Below are positions 54,756 through 63,726 of a DNA stretch of 64,000 bases, one piece after another. Position 1 is the first letter of the stretch. Every line of letters starts with the position of its first letter. Both the position numbers and the translations under genes were made by a program. The notes beneath the pieces are model-generated. The model ran no database searches and had not been told where the DNA came from. It saw nothing but the letters and a program-made list of their open reading frames with translations. The DNA is taken from assembly GCA_046483285.1 (NCBI GenBank), contig JAWODN010000121.1, positions 5,899 to 69,898 on the forward strand, read 5' to 3'. This stretch comes from Candidatus Aminicenantes bacterium. GTDB lineage: Bacteria > Acidobacteriota > Aminicenantia > Aminicenantales > Aminicenantaceae.

Positions 54756-56966
54756 GTGAATAAACAAAAAAAGAAAGCAGGGCGGATCATTGTCGTCTCC
54801 AACCGCCTGCCGGTGACAGTGGCGAAAAGAGGCGGCCGTCTGATTTTCCAGCAAAGCCAGGGGGGATTGGCCACCGGGCTCCGCTCTCTCCAAACTGAAA
54901 AAAAGGCTTTTTTTATCGGATGGCCGGGGTATGATCCTGTCAACAAGGAAGAACGCGAACACATGACCCGGCGTTTACGGGATGAATTCAATTGCCATCC
55001 TGTGTATCTGACTCAGCATGAAATCAACAAATATTATTACGGATTTTCCAACCGGACTCTATGGCCTCTTTTCCATTATTTTTCCTCCTACAGCACTTTC
55101 GATGAACCGGAATGGAAGGTTTACAAAAAAGTCAATCAGAAATTTTCGCAGGAAGTTTTGAGGGTCGCGGATGAGAATGATATCTTCTGGGTTCATGATT
55201 ATCACTTGATGCTTCTTCCCCAGTTGATCCGGATTATGCTTCCCGAATCGTCTATCGGATTTTTTCTCCATATCCCTTTTCCCTCATCAGAAATCTTCCG
55301 CATCCTGCCCTGGCGCACGGATATCTTGGAAGGCTTAATGGGAGCGGATCTGCTGGGTTTTCATACCTATGAATACGCCCGCCACTTTTTGAGCAGCGTT
55401 CTGCGGCTGCTGGGGTATGAGCATGAATTCGGTTCCGTATCCGTAAACGGCCGGATTGTCCGGGTGGACAATTTCCCCATGGGAATCGACATCAAACACA
55501 ACACAAAATTGCTTTCTGACCCGGAAGTCAAAAAAGAAATCTCTCAATGCCGCCATAGATTGGGAACGAAAAACAATAAAATTATTTTATCCGTAGACCG
55601 CCTGGATTACACCAAAGGCATTCCCCAGCGCCTGGCGGGTTTTGAAGCGTTCCTCGCCAAAAACAAGGCCTGGCATAATAAAATCACTTACCTGATGCTA
55701 TGCGTTCCTTCCCGCACTAAAGTGGATCAATACGCTCTCCTGAAGGAAGAGGTGGACCGGATGGTAGGAAGAATCAACGGGCGTTTCGGAAGCGCCAGCT
55801 GGCAGCCGGTCCATTATCTGTACCGGTCGCTTCCTTTTAAAAAACTTCTCCCCCTCTATGCCGTCGGCGACATCGCCCTGGTCACTCCGGTACGGGACGG
55901 CATGAACCTGGTGGCCAAGGAATATGTGGCCGCTAAAACCGACAACAAGGGAGTTTTGATTCTGAGCGGAACCGCCGGCGCCTCGGATGAATTGGGAGAG
56001 GCCCTGACTGTGAACGTGCACAGCGAAAATGAAATCGCCTCCGCCATCACTCGAGCTTTGACAATGCCGGAAAAAGAAAAGGCCCAGCGGATAAAAAACA
56101 TGCGTAACCGGATCATGGAATACGACATTCACCGCTGGACCGAGTCATTTGTATCCAGTATTGAAAAAAGCCGCGATATACGAAAGCGGCTGGAATTCAG
56201 AAAGCTGAGCCGGAAATGGCAGGATGAACTTTTAAAAGATTACAGCGGATCTAAACAGCGCCTGTTGCTTCTTGATTATGACGGCACCCTGATTTCTTTC
56301 ACCGGCCGGCCGGAAGAAGCCAGGCCGGACACCGAACTGAAGCGTCTTCTTCTGGCCCTCGCCAAGGACAAAAAAAACCACCTGGTTATAGTCAGCGGAC
56401 GAGACCGGGATTCCCTGGAGCAATGGCTCGGTAAGATTCCCGGATCTCTGGTCGCCGAACACGGCGCCTGGGTGAAATCCAAGGGCCGCGAAAAATGGAA
56501 AAGTTATGATTCTGAATCGGAGGACTGGAAAAACCGTATCCGGCCTATTTTAAAAAACTATGAATTCCGGGTCCCCGGATCGTTTGTGGAAGAAAAAGAG
56601 ACGGCTCTGGCTTGGCATTACCGTAAAGCCAATCCGGATCTGGGGGAAATCCGGTCCTGCGAATTGTTCGATAACTTGAATGAATTTCTAGCCAACACCA
56701 GCTTGCAGCTTTTCCATGGAAACAAAGTGATCGAAGTCAGGGTAGGCGGCGTCAATAAGAGTATTGCGGCGGCCGCTTTTCTTGAAAAAAACGACTGGGA
56801 TTTCATCCTGGCCGTTGGAGACGACTGGACCGACGAAGACATTTTTAAGATTCTTCCTAAATCCGCGTATTCGATTAAAATCGGTTACGGCCCCACCCAA
56901 GCCAAATTTTACTTGGAGTCCCCTCACTCCACCCGGAAGCTTCTCCGGGAATTGAGCAAAGCCTGA
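54756..56966 (+). CDS. otsA: bifunctional trehalose-6-phosphate synthase (GT20) / trehalose-6-phosphate phosphatase fusion
   Basis: 736 aa. N-terminal GT20 region IIVVSNRLPVTV...GGLATGL. C-terminal HAD phosphatase motif LLLLDYDGTLISF and downstream HAD motifs. Confidence 0.85.
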   Translation: MNKQKKKAGRIIVVSNRLPVTVAKRGGRLIFQQSQGGLATGLRSLQTEKKAFFIGWPGYDPVNKEEREHMTRRLRDEFNCHPVYLTQHEINKYYYGFSNRTLWPLFHYFSSYSTFDEPEWKVYKKVNQKFSQEVLRVADENDIFWVHDYHLMLLPQLIRIMLPESSIGFFLHIPFPSSEIFRILPWRTDILEGLMGADLLGFHTYEYARHFLSSVLRLLGYEHEFGSVSVNGRIVRVDNFPMGIDIKHNTKLLSDPEVKKEISQCRHRLGTKNNKIILSVDRLDYTKGIPQRLAGFEAFLAKNKAWHNKITYLMLCVPSRTKVDQYALLKEEVDRMVGRINGRFGSASWQPVHYLYRSLPFKKLLPLYAVGDIALVTPVRDGMNLVAKEYVAAKTDNKGVLILSGTAGASDELGEALTVNVHSENEIASAITRALTMPEKEKAQRIKNMRNRIMEYDIHRWTESFVSSIEKSRDIRKRLEFRKLSRKWQDELLKDYSGSKQRLLLLDYDGTLISFTGRPEEARPDTELKRLLLALAKDKKNHLVIVSGRDRDSLEQWLGKIPGSLVAEHGAWVKSKGREKWKSYDSESEDWKNRIRPILKNYEFRVPGSFVEEKETALAWHYRKANPDLGEIRSCELFDNLNEFLANTSLQLFHGNKVIEVRVGGVNKSIAAAAFLEKNDWDFILAVGDDWTDEDIFKILPKSAYSIKIGYGPTQAKFYLESPHSTRKLLRELSKA

Positions 56967-56982
56967 ACCACGACCCTCCTTA

Positions 56983-58224
56983 TCAGGAGAGGGAATGGAC
57001 AAGCAGCCCGCTCCGCAGCTTAGGTTCAAACCAAGTGGATTTGGGAGGCATGACCTTGCCGGCGTCGGCTATCCGCATTAGCTCCTGGATGGAGGGAGGA
57101 TAAACGGCAAAAGCCACCTGGTATTTTCCGCCGTCCACCACCCGCTTCAATTCTTCCAGGCCCCGGATTCCTCCCACAAAATCAATATTTTCACTGGTCC
57201 GGGGGTTTTCGATTCCGAAAAACGGAGAAAGCAGATTCTCCTGAAGATAGGAAATATCCAGGCTTTTCACAGGATCGTCTTTCATCCTTTTTTCCGGTTT
57301 TGCGGTCAGCTTGTACCACTCCCCGTCCAGATACATGCTGAATTCCCCTTTCTTCGCCGGCTTATAAGGAATTTTTCCGGCCTTTTCCACGGTGAAATTT
57401 TCTTCCAGCGCCGCGACCAATTCCTCCCGGGAATGTCCGTTGAGGTTTTTAAGAACCCGGTTATAATCCAGGATCCGGAGCTGGGCATCAGGAAACAGCA
57501 CAGCCAGAAAATAATTGTATTCTTCCTCCCCGGTATGATTGGGATCGGCCTTGCGCCGCATATTCGCCACCTTGGCGGCCGAGGCGGAGCGATGGTGGCC
57601 GTCGGCCACGTAAAGAGCATCCATTCCACCAAACTCCGCAATAATCTTTTCCGCGATGTCATCTTCGACAATCCATACCGTATGCTGAATGCCGTCTGAA
57701 GCGGTGAAATCATAGAGGGGATCATTTTTCACATTCTGTTCGACCAACCGGTTGACGCTGTCCAACTGGCGGTATGTCAGAAAAATGGGACCGGCGTTGA
57801 CATTGGTGACATCCACATGTTTAATCCGGTCCGCTTCTTTTTTCGGCCGGGTGTGCTCATGTTTTTTGATCACGTCGTTGTCGTAGTCATCCACTGAAAC
57901 ACATCCCACAATCCCGTACTGTTCCCGGCCGTCCATAACCTGCCGGTAGATGTAGAGGCAGGGACGCTCTTCCTGAATCAGTATCCCGCGGTTGATAAAT
58001 CCGTCCAGGTTTTCCCGGGCTTTGTCATAGACTTCTTGGGAATACAGGTCCGTGCCCGCCGGCAAGTCCACTTCCGGCTTGACCACATGCAGAAAGGAAT
58101 ACTCATTGCCCTTAACCAGTTCACGGGCTTCATCACTGTCCAAGACATCATAGGGATAAGACGCCACTTTATCTTCCAGGCCTTTTTTCGGTCGGATCGC
58201 TTTAAATTTTCTTAATACCGCCAT
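56983..58224 (-). CDS. DUF1015 family protein
   Basis: 413 aa. N-terminus MAVLRKFKAIRPKKGLEDKVASYPYDVLDSDEARELVKGNEYSFLHVVKPE matches the conserved DUF1015 start pattern. Confidence 0.5.
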   Translation of the reverse strand: MAVLRKFKAIRPKKGLEDKVASYPYDVLDSDEARELVKGNEYSFLHVVKPEVDLPAGTDLYSQEVYDKARENLDGFINRGILIQEERPCLYIYRQVMDGREQYGIVGCVSVDDYDNDVIKKHEHTRPKKEADRIKHVDVTNVNAGPIFLTYRQLDSVNRLVEQNVKNDPLYDFTASDGIQHTVWIVEDDIAEKIIAEFGGMDALYVADGHHRSASAAKVANMRRKADPNHTGEEEYNYFLAVLFPDAQLRILDYNRVLKNLNGHSREELVAALEENFTVEKAGKIPYKPAKKGEFSMYLDGEWYKLTAKPEKRMKDDPVKSLDISYLQENLLSPFFGIENPRTSENIDFVGGIRGLEELKRVVDGGKYQVAFAVYPPSIQELMRIADAGKVMPPKSTWFEPKLRSGLLVHSLS

Positions 58225-58254
58225 AACTATCTCCTTTCATATATCTGGCCTCTC

Positions 58255-58625
58255 CCTCAGCCTGGCCTATTACTTAGCCTGATCTATTCATAAAAAAATT
58301 GCGATGTTTTTGCAATCTCTTTCTTGTCAGCGATAAGCATGGTTTTTAATGAAAGATCAAATGGAACGTTTTTCATTTTTTTAATTGTTATTTTAATCGC
58401 AATTTTTTTACCCTTCGGGACGACATGCCGCTTTGTCATTGCGAGGCTTGCGCCAGCAAGCCGTAGCAATCCCTTTCTGCCTCGTGAAAGCGGAACCCAC
58501 CGCCCATACGAGGCAGTCAGAGATCCCTCGTCGCTCCGCTCCTCGGGACGACATTGAATTAAAAAATTGTCGTCGTCTGCGGCAATCTCGGCCCGTGAAT
58601 ACTTCAGGTTAGTGTAGAGAATGGG
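58255..58625. repeat. mosaic repeat copy (module A, hairpin unit, module D), forward orientation
   Basis: 58276-58310 is module A. 58415-58545 is one hairpin unit (GTCATTGCGAGGCTTGCGCCAGCAAGCCGTAGCAATCCC...). 58550-58600 is module D. Confidence 0.8.
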
Positions 58626-58672
58626 TTTTTTTTTGTCAAATCACAGCAGCCGCTGCCCGGCTGCGCCTCAGG

Positions 58673-59059
58673 CTAACTCTTTTTCCGGGTAAAAAACCGT
58701 TTCAGTTTTTCAGATAGTCCTTTTTTTTGATCTCCGTCTTCGATAATGAGTTTTCCTGTGGTGGTTCGAAAATAAGAATCTTCTTCCCGGCGAGGCGGCA
58801 TATGAAGCACGGTTTGATCATATTTTTTTCGTTTCTGGGGAACTCCGAGCACGCTGTAGGCTTGCTCTATTTTTTCAAGAACATCTTCCCGCTCAGCGTC
58901 TTTGATGAGACTGTAGAGGGCCATGGAACTGCGGCTGTATGCCTGCTTGCAGATCTGGTAAGCCCGGTGGATTTCCTCCTGGGATGCGCTTCTGGAAACG
59001 TCCATAATTTCATAATAGTTCATGTCTTCAATTTTTTTAAATTTCATTTGTTTTTTCAT
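58673..59059 (-). CDS. small hypothetical protein with J-domain-like helices but no HPD motif
   Basis: 128 aa. NYYEIMDVSRSASQEEIHRAYQI...KIEQAYSVLGVPQKRKKYD resembles J-domain helices II and III without HPD. Sits 33 nt downstream of the MinD-like gene. Confidence 0.35.
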   Translation of the reverse strand: MKKQMKFKKIEDMNYYEIMDVSRSASQEEIHRAYQICKQAYSRSSMALYSLIKDAEREDVLEKIEQAYSVLGVPQKRKKYDQTVLHMPPRREEDSYFRTTTGKLIIEDGDQKKGLSEKLKRFFTRKKS

Positions 59060-59092
59060 ACCTCAGGCCTGACATCGAAGCCCGCTTTTCAT

Positions 59093-60046
59093 TCAGGGGG
59101 GATACCCTGGATTTTCTTTATCTGTTTTGACCATTTTTTCCGCGATATTTTTAAAAGAAATCCCTGCCGGGGTATTTTGAAATTGATGGATAAAAGGGAT
59201 CATCTTTTTTACGCTGAGATGAATTTTCTCATCGAAGGGGATGGCTCCTATATAATTAATATTGATAACCAGGTGTTTTTGCACCACCTTGGTGATCGAT
59301 TCTCCCAGATAATAATCTCTTTCATCCCGGGCCTTATTGATGACCAGGCGCGGCTGAAAACGGGTCAAAGCCCGGTATAAAAGATCGGCATAATGTTGAT
59401 CATGAGAGATGATTTCCTCCAAAAAGCTGTAAATGGATTTGGAATTGTTTTTGACTTGAGAAGATGCTTTTTTAAAAAGATCCTGGATATTGTAATGTCT
59501 GCTGTACAGATTGAGAATACGCATTATGCAGGATTTAAGAAAATAATAGGAGTTTTCTATTGAAGTGGGTTCCGGATTGATCACCAATATGCCGGGGTTG
59601 GACAAAAGGAAAAAATCAACACAATTATATGAAGAACCGGTCCCAATATCCATGACCACACGCTTGGTATTAAAAGTTTTGATATGCCGCATCAATTTAA
59701 GCTTTTTATAGTAGTTTAAGTTGGATGTGAACAGAAGATCATCTGTTCCTTTTATCAAACGGAGGTTATCAAAAGGAGTGGGGACGAGAGTTTCTTTGAG
59801 AGCCGGGACTTCGTTGGAAATAAAATGACCGAGATCAGTCCGGGCTTTTTTTAAACCGAAAAAAGTATGAAGATTGGGGCCGCCGAGGTCGGCGTCGATC
59901 AAGACCACGTCTTCCCCCATTTGAGCCAGCAATAAACCAAGATTGGCGGTGAAAAAACTTTTTCCTGTTCCTCCTTTCCCTCCGCCGACAGCCCAAATGG
60001 TTTTCTGAGAGCCGGAATGGAAGGATAAAACCGGAATTTTTCCCAT
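59093..60046 (-). CDS. MinD/FlhG/ParA-type P-loop ATPase
   Basis: 317 aa. Deviant Walker A VGGGKGGTGKSFFTANLGLLLAQMGEDVVLIDADLGGPNL. Confidence 0.7.
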   Translation of the reverse strand: MGKIPVLSFHSGSQKTIWAVGGGKGGTGKSFFTANLGLLLAQMGEDVVLIDADLGGPNLHTFFGLKKARTDLGHFISNEVPALKETLVPTPFDNLRLIKGTDDLLFTSNLNYYKKLKLMRHIKTFNTKRVVMDIGTGSSYNCVDFFLLSNPGILVINPEPTSIENSYYFLKSCIMRILNLYSRHYNIQDLFKKASSQVKNNSKSIYSFLEEIISHDQHYADLLYRALTRFQPRLVINKARDERDYYLGESITKVVQKHLVININYIGAIPFDEKIHLSVKKMIPFIHQFQNTPAGISFKNIAEKMVKTDKENPGYPP

Positions 60047-60099
60047 GGGTATGCGTTTCTATAATTATTTCCGCTTTCACGCGAAGTTAAAACATTTTA

Positions 60100-61010
60100 T
60101 CATGATTATCTTCATTAAACCAGCCGTTCGGATCAACTGGGCGGGGTTGCCGCAGATGCCAAGTCAGGCTGGAAATATGTTCTTTTTTAATCAATCCATT
60201 GTATTTATATCTGATTTTTGGTATTTTATTTATCCGGACTTCACGTGACACAAAATTGATTCATGTCTGCTTTCAAGATGACAAGTTTTGTCATTTTTTA
60301 TATGAATTCATCATGAGCATAACACACCACGAAGGATGAAAATGATTTCAATGTCATTTCCGGACCGGAGCCCTTTTGAGTCTGTCATTCCGGGGCACGC
60401 CGTGCCTTTGAGTGTGTCATCCCGCGGTGCGAAGCACCGAGGGATTCCTTACTGCTTCGTCTTGGCGGTGGATTCCGCTTTCACGAGGCAGGAAGGGATT
60501 GCCACGCGGCCTCCGGCCGCTCGCAATGACAAAGCGGCGGGAAGGGATGGCCACGGCTTGCTGACGCAAGCCTCGCAATGACAAGGGGGGCAGAAAGGGA
60601 TAACCGCACGGCCTCCGGCCGCTCGCCATGACATGCTGTGTGTCATTCCGGGGCACGCCGTGCCTTTGAGTGTGTCATCCCGCGGTGCGAAGCGATGAGG
60701 GATCTGTGAGTGCTTTCGCCAGGCCGTATGGAGAATGGGTTGCCAATTCGAAGCAGTCCGGGATCCTTCGCTCCGCTCAGGATGACATTAAATTAATGAA
60801 AGGTCGTCACTTCACTGCGACGAGCCGCAACCCGGCAGATGCAGTGAGATCCGGCCCGCCCGAAGGGTAAAAAAATGGCGATTATAATGAAATACCGGCA
60901 AGGAAAAACGCGATGTATGTGCTTCTTATAAAAATGATGAATATCGGTGTTAATGAAAGATTGGCAAAAACATCGCCATTTTTTTATGAATAGGCCAGGT
61001 AAGGAGAAAG
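60100..61010. repeat. mosaic repeat cluster: module F, two hairpin units (rc), module G (rc), module F (rc), module A (rc)
   Basis: 60125-60170 is module F. 60330-60660 holds two reverse-complement copies of the 155-bp unit family. 60700-60790 is the rc of module G. 60795-60860 is the rc of the 29515 segment. 60975-61008 (AAAACATCGCCATTTTTTTATGAATAGGCCAGG) is the rc of module A at 58276. Confidence 0.8.
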
Positions 61011-61016
61011 AATTCG

Positions 61017-61316
61017 TTGAGAGAATATAAAAATGAGGAAAGCAAATTCCGGTTTGTCACTTTAGCCTCCCTGCGGGCCAAACAGCTGCTTAGAGGGGCT
61101 AAACCCAAGGTGAAAATGCGAAGCAGGAACTTGATCAGATTGGCTCAGGAAGAGATAGAGCGGGGACTTATTGATTACCGGGTTTTGGAGCAGGAAAAAG
61201 AAGACCAGGAACCGAAAGGAGAGGCGGTGGAAGCGGCGGAGCCGTCATCTTCTGTGAATGAAACGGAAGCGGAAGGAAGTCCTGAAGAGCGGGAAGATGA
61301 ATCCAAGGAGAAATAG
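61017..61316 (+). CDS. rpoZ: DNA-directed RNA polymerase subunit omega
   Basis: 99 aa. RFVTLASLRAKQLLRGAKPKV and LAQEEIERGLIDYRVLE align to the RpoZ core (RF.LV..A..RARQ...G..P.V ... EI.EGLI). Acidic tail. Confidence 0.65.
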   Translation: MREYKNEESKFRFVTLASLRAKQLLRGAKPKVKMRSRNLIRLAQEEIERGLIDYRVLEQEKEDQEPKGEAVEAAEPSSSVNETEAEGSPEEREDESKEK

Positions 61317-61333
61317 TACTTTTTCTTCACCCG

Positions 61334-61843
61334 TCAGTCTTTTTGACGGCGGAAAAGGGTTATATAATCCTCTTTGATGAATTCTTTACGGGAAAATCCA
61401 AGCGAACGGGCAAACTGAACAATATCGCTCTGGGGGCCTTCCAGTTCGATGAAATGGCCTATGCGGGTTTCGTCCAGGCATATTTTGATCCGTTTTTTTT
61501 TATAAACCGTGCGATGCTTGCGGTATTCAAAAGCCGGTTTCATCCCCAGCGATTTTAAAATTTTCTTTATTTCTTTGCTGTTTTTTACCTCGGTTTCGAA
61601 TTCGTTCCTGATTTTGAACTGCCTGGATTTCTGCGGCGCTTCTTTGAAGGTCAGAAACGACTTTTTATTTATGCGGCGCAGTCTCAGGGCCTGGTTCTTA
61701 TGGAACAGCTCATTTTGTGAAAAATCATACAAAATATTTTCTTCATAACACCGGGGATGGATGCATTCCGCTCCCAATGATTTTAAACGGTTATGGTAAG
61801 GTTCTATCTGGTCAACTTTAATTTTGACTTCTGTTTCCAGCAC
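61334..61843 (-). CDS. CYTH domain protein (class IV adenylate cyclase / triphosphatase fold)
   Basis: 169 aa. N-terminal ETEVKIKV (the EIE.KF.V-type motif) and the alternating charged pattern typical of CYTH. Confidence 0.55.
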   Translation of the reverse strand: MLETEVKIKVDQIEPYHNRLKSLGAECIHPRCYEENILYDFSQNELFHKNQALRLRRINKKSFLTFKEAPQKSRQFKIRNEFETEVKNSKEIKKILKSLGMKPAFEYRKHRTVYKKKRIKICLDETRIGHFIELEGPQSDIVQFARSLGFSRKEFIKEDYITLFRRQKD

Positions 61844-61868
61844 GGATCGTTTTCTTTTCGTTTCCGGG

Positions 61869-62891
61869 TTATTTTTTCCGGCTGAGGATATAAGGGGGGA
61901 TGAGGGATAAGCTGTTCTGATAGTTGGATTCCGGAAATTCGGCGATGATTTCCTCTGCTTTTCGGGCGTAATGCCGGGCTTTGCTTAAAGTGTAATCCAA
62001 TGCTCCATTGGACTTGACCATGTTGATGATTTTGGCTTGGGATTCTTTTTCTAAATTTTCTTTTCTGAAAATTTTCAAAAGAAGATCCCGGTTTTCAGTC
62101 CCATCATGATTCATGGTGTATATAAGGGGTAAAGTGATGCGTCCTTCTTTCATGTCGGATAATACCGGTTTTCCCATTACCTTTTCGTCTCCGGTGTAAT
62201 CCAGCAAATCATCGATGATTTGAAAAGACAATCCCACGTTGGTGCCGAATTCAGATATAAGATCCAGGTTCTTGGGAGACGTCTTTCCCAAAAGACCGCC
62301 GATCCGGCAGGATGCGGAAAAGAGGGAAGCTGTTTTTTTATTAAGGATATCCAGGTACTCGCTTTCTTCTATTCTCAAATTCCCGCTTATATAATACTCC
62401 TGCATTTCTCCTTCGATCATCTGGGTGGTTATATCCAATATAGTTTGGGTGATATCATGATACCCGGTAGCCAGCGAATGTCCTATTGTTTTTATGTACA
62501 GGAAATCTCCAAGTAATACTGTTATATTGGGACCCCAGCGGGCATGAACTGTTTCCTTTCCCCGTCGCCGGTCGGAATTATCGATGATATCGTCATGAAT
62601 GAGACTGGCGGAATGAATCGTTTCAACCAAAGCTCCCATAAGGATATGATCCTCTCCCTGATAATTGAAAAGATTGGCGCAGAGAAGCAGAAGTGCGGGA
62701 CGCATGCGCTTTCCGGATTTTTTGAAAATATAGTTTCCGATTTCGGAAATCAATGGATTGGGATGCCGGCAGAAGCTCTTCAGTTCATGTTCAATTTTTT
62801 GTAAATCATTATTGACATCGGCATAAACATCTTGTAAAGCCGGATTTTTTTTAATTTCCTGTTTGATCCTTCTGCCCGGCTTATTTGTCAT
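61869..62891 (-). CDS. polyprenyl diphosphate synthase (trans-isoprenyl diphosphate synthase family)
   Basis: 340 aa. First aspartate-rich motif LIHDDIIDNSDRRRG. Second motif IIDDLLDY. Confidence 0.85.
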   Translation of the reverse strand: MTNKPGRRIKQEIKKNPALQDVYADVNNDLQKIEHELKSFCRHPNPLISEIGNYIFKKSGKRMRPALLLLCANLFNYQGEDHILMGALVETIHSASLIHDDIIDNSDRRRGKETVHARWGPNITVLLGDFLYIKTIGHSLATGYHDITQTILDITTQMIEGEMQEYYISGNLRIEESEYLDILNKKTASLFSASCRIGGLLGKTSPKNLDLISEFGTNVGLSFQIIDDLLDYTGDEKVMGKPVLSDMKEGRITLPLIYTMNHDGTENRDLLLKIFRKENLEKESQAKIINMVKSNGALDYTLSKARHYARKAEEIIAEFPESNYQNSLSLIPPYILSRKK

Positions 62892-62934
62892 GTTTTATCC
62901 TCTGGGGAAATTAAAATGTGGATGTATATTATCA

Positions 62935-63726
62935 TCATAATCCCGGAATTTCAAATCCAAAGCAGGCTTGAAAATTATTTGTGGTGTGTTCTGCAATACG
63001 GGAATAATCCTGCTTGCGCAGTCCGGCCAGGAATTGGGCTGTTTTTTTAATAAAAACAGGTTTATTCCTTTTAACCTTTCCCCGGTAGGGAACGGGGGCA
63101 AGATAGGGAGAATCCGTTTCCACCAGGATGCGGTCACCAGGAATAAATTTGGCCGTTTCCCGAATTCCGTCCGCTTTAGGAAAGGTCAGGATTCCCGAAA
63201 AAGAGATATAAAAGCCCCGGTCGAGCATTTTCCAGGCGAAACCGGTGCTCTCTGTAAAACAATGCAGAACACCCCCTCTTGTGAATTTAACGCTGTCAAT
63301 GGCTTCTAAAACCCGGGATGAAGCCTCCCGGCTGTGGATGATAACGGGAAGTTTGAGTGATTCCGCCAGTTCGAGCTGCGAGCGAAAAACCGAAACCTGC
63401 TTTTCCTCCGGAGAATAAGAGTAGAAAAAATCCAATCCTATTTCTCCCACCGCCTTTATTTTTCTGCGGGAGGCGAGGCGTCGTATTCTATTTTCACTTG
63501 AATCGGAGTAGCCTTCAGCTTTATGGGGATGGACTCCGGCGGCTGCGGCGATGCGGTCATGTTTTCGAAGCATCTTCAAAGTGATATTGATGTTGTCGGC
63601 ATCCGAGGCTTCAGCCGGGCAGAGGACAGTCGCGATATTCTGCCGGAAAGCTTCTTGGATAACCTCATCCCGGTCCTTATCAAATTCGCTCATATTGAGA
63701 TGGGCATGGGAATCCACCAAGATCAT
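62935..63726 (-). CDS. tatD: TatD family metal-dependent hydrolase
   Basis: Start moved to the ATG at 63724-63726 (MILVDSHAHL, the conserved TatD start). GEIGLDF, PVIIHSREA and HCFTES motifs. Confidence 0.8.
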   Translation of the reverse strand: MILVDSHAHLNMSEFDKDRDEVIQEAFRQNIATVLCPAEASDADNINITLKMLRKHDRIAAAAGVHPHKAEGYSDSSENRIRRLASRRKIKAVGEIGLDFFYSYSPEEKQVSVFRSQLELAESLKLPVIIHSREASSRVLEAIDSVKFTRGGVLHCFTESTGFAWKMLDRGFYISFSGILTFPKADGIRETAKFIPGDRILVETDSPYLAPVPYRGKVKRNKPVFIKKTAQFLAGLRKQDYSRIAEHTTNNFQACFGFEIPGL

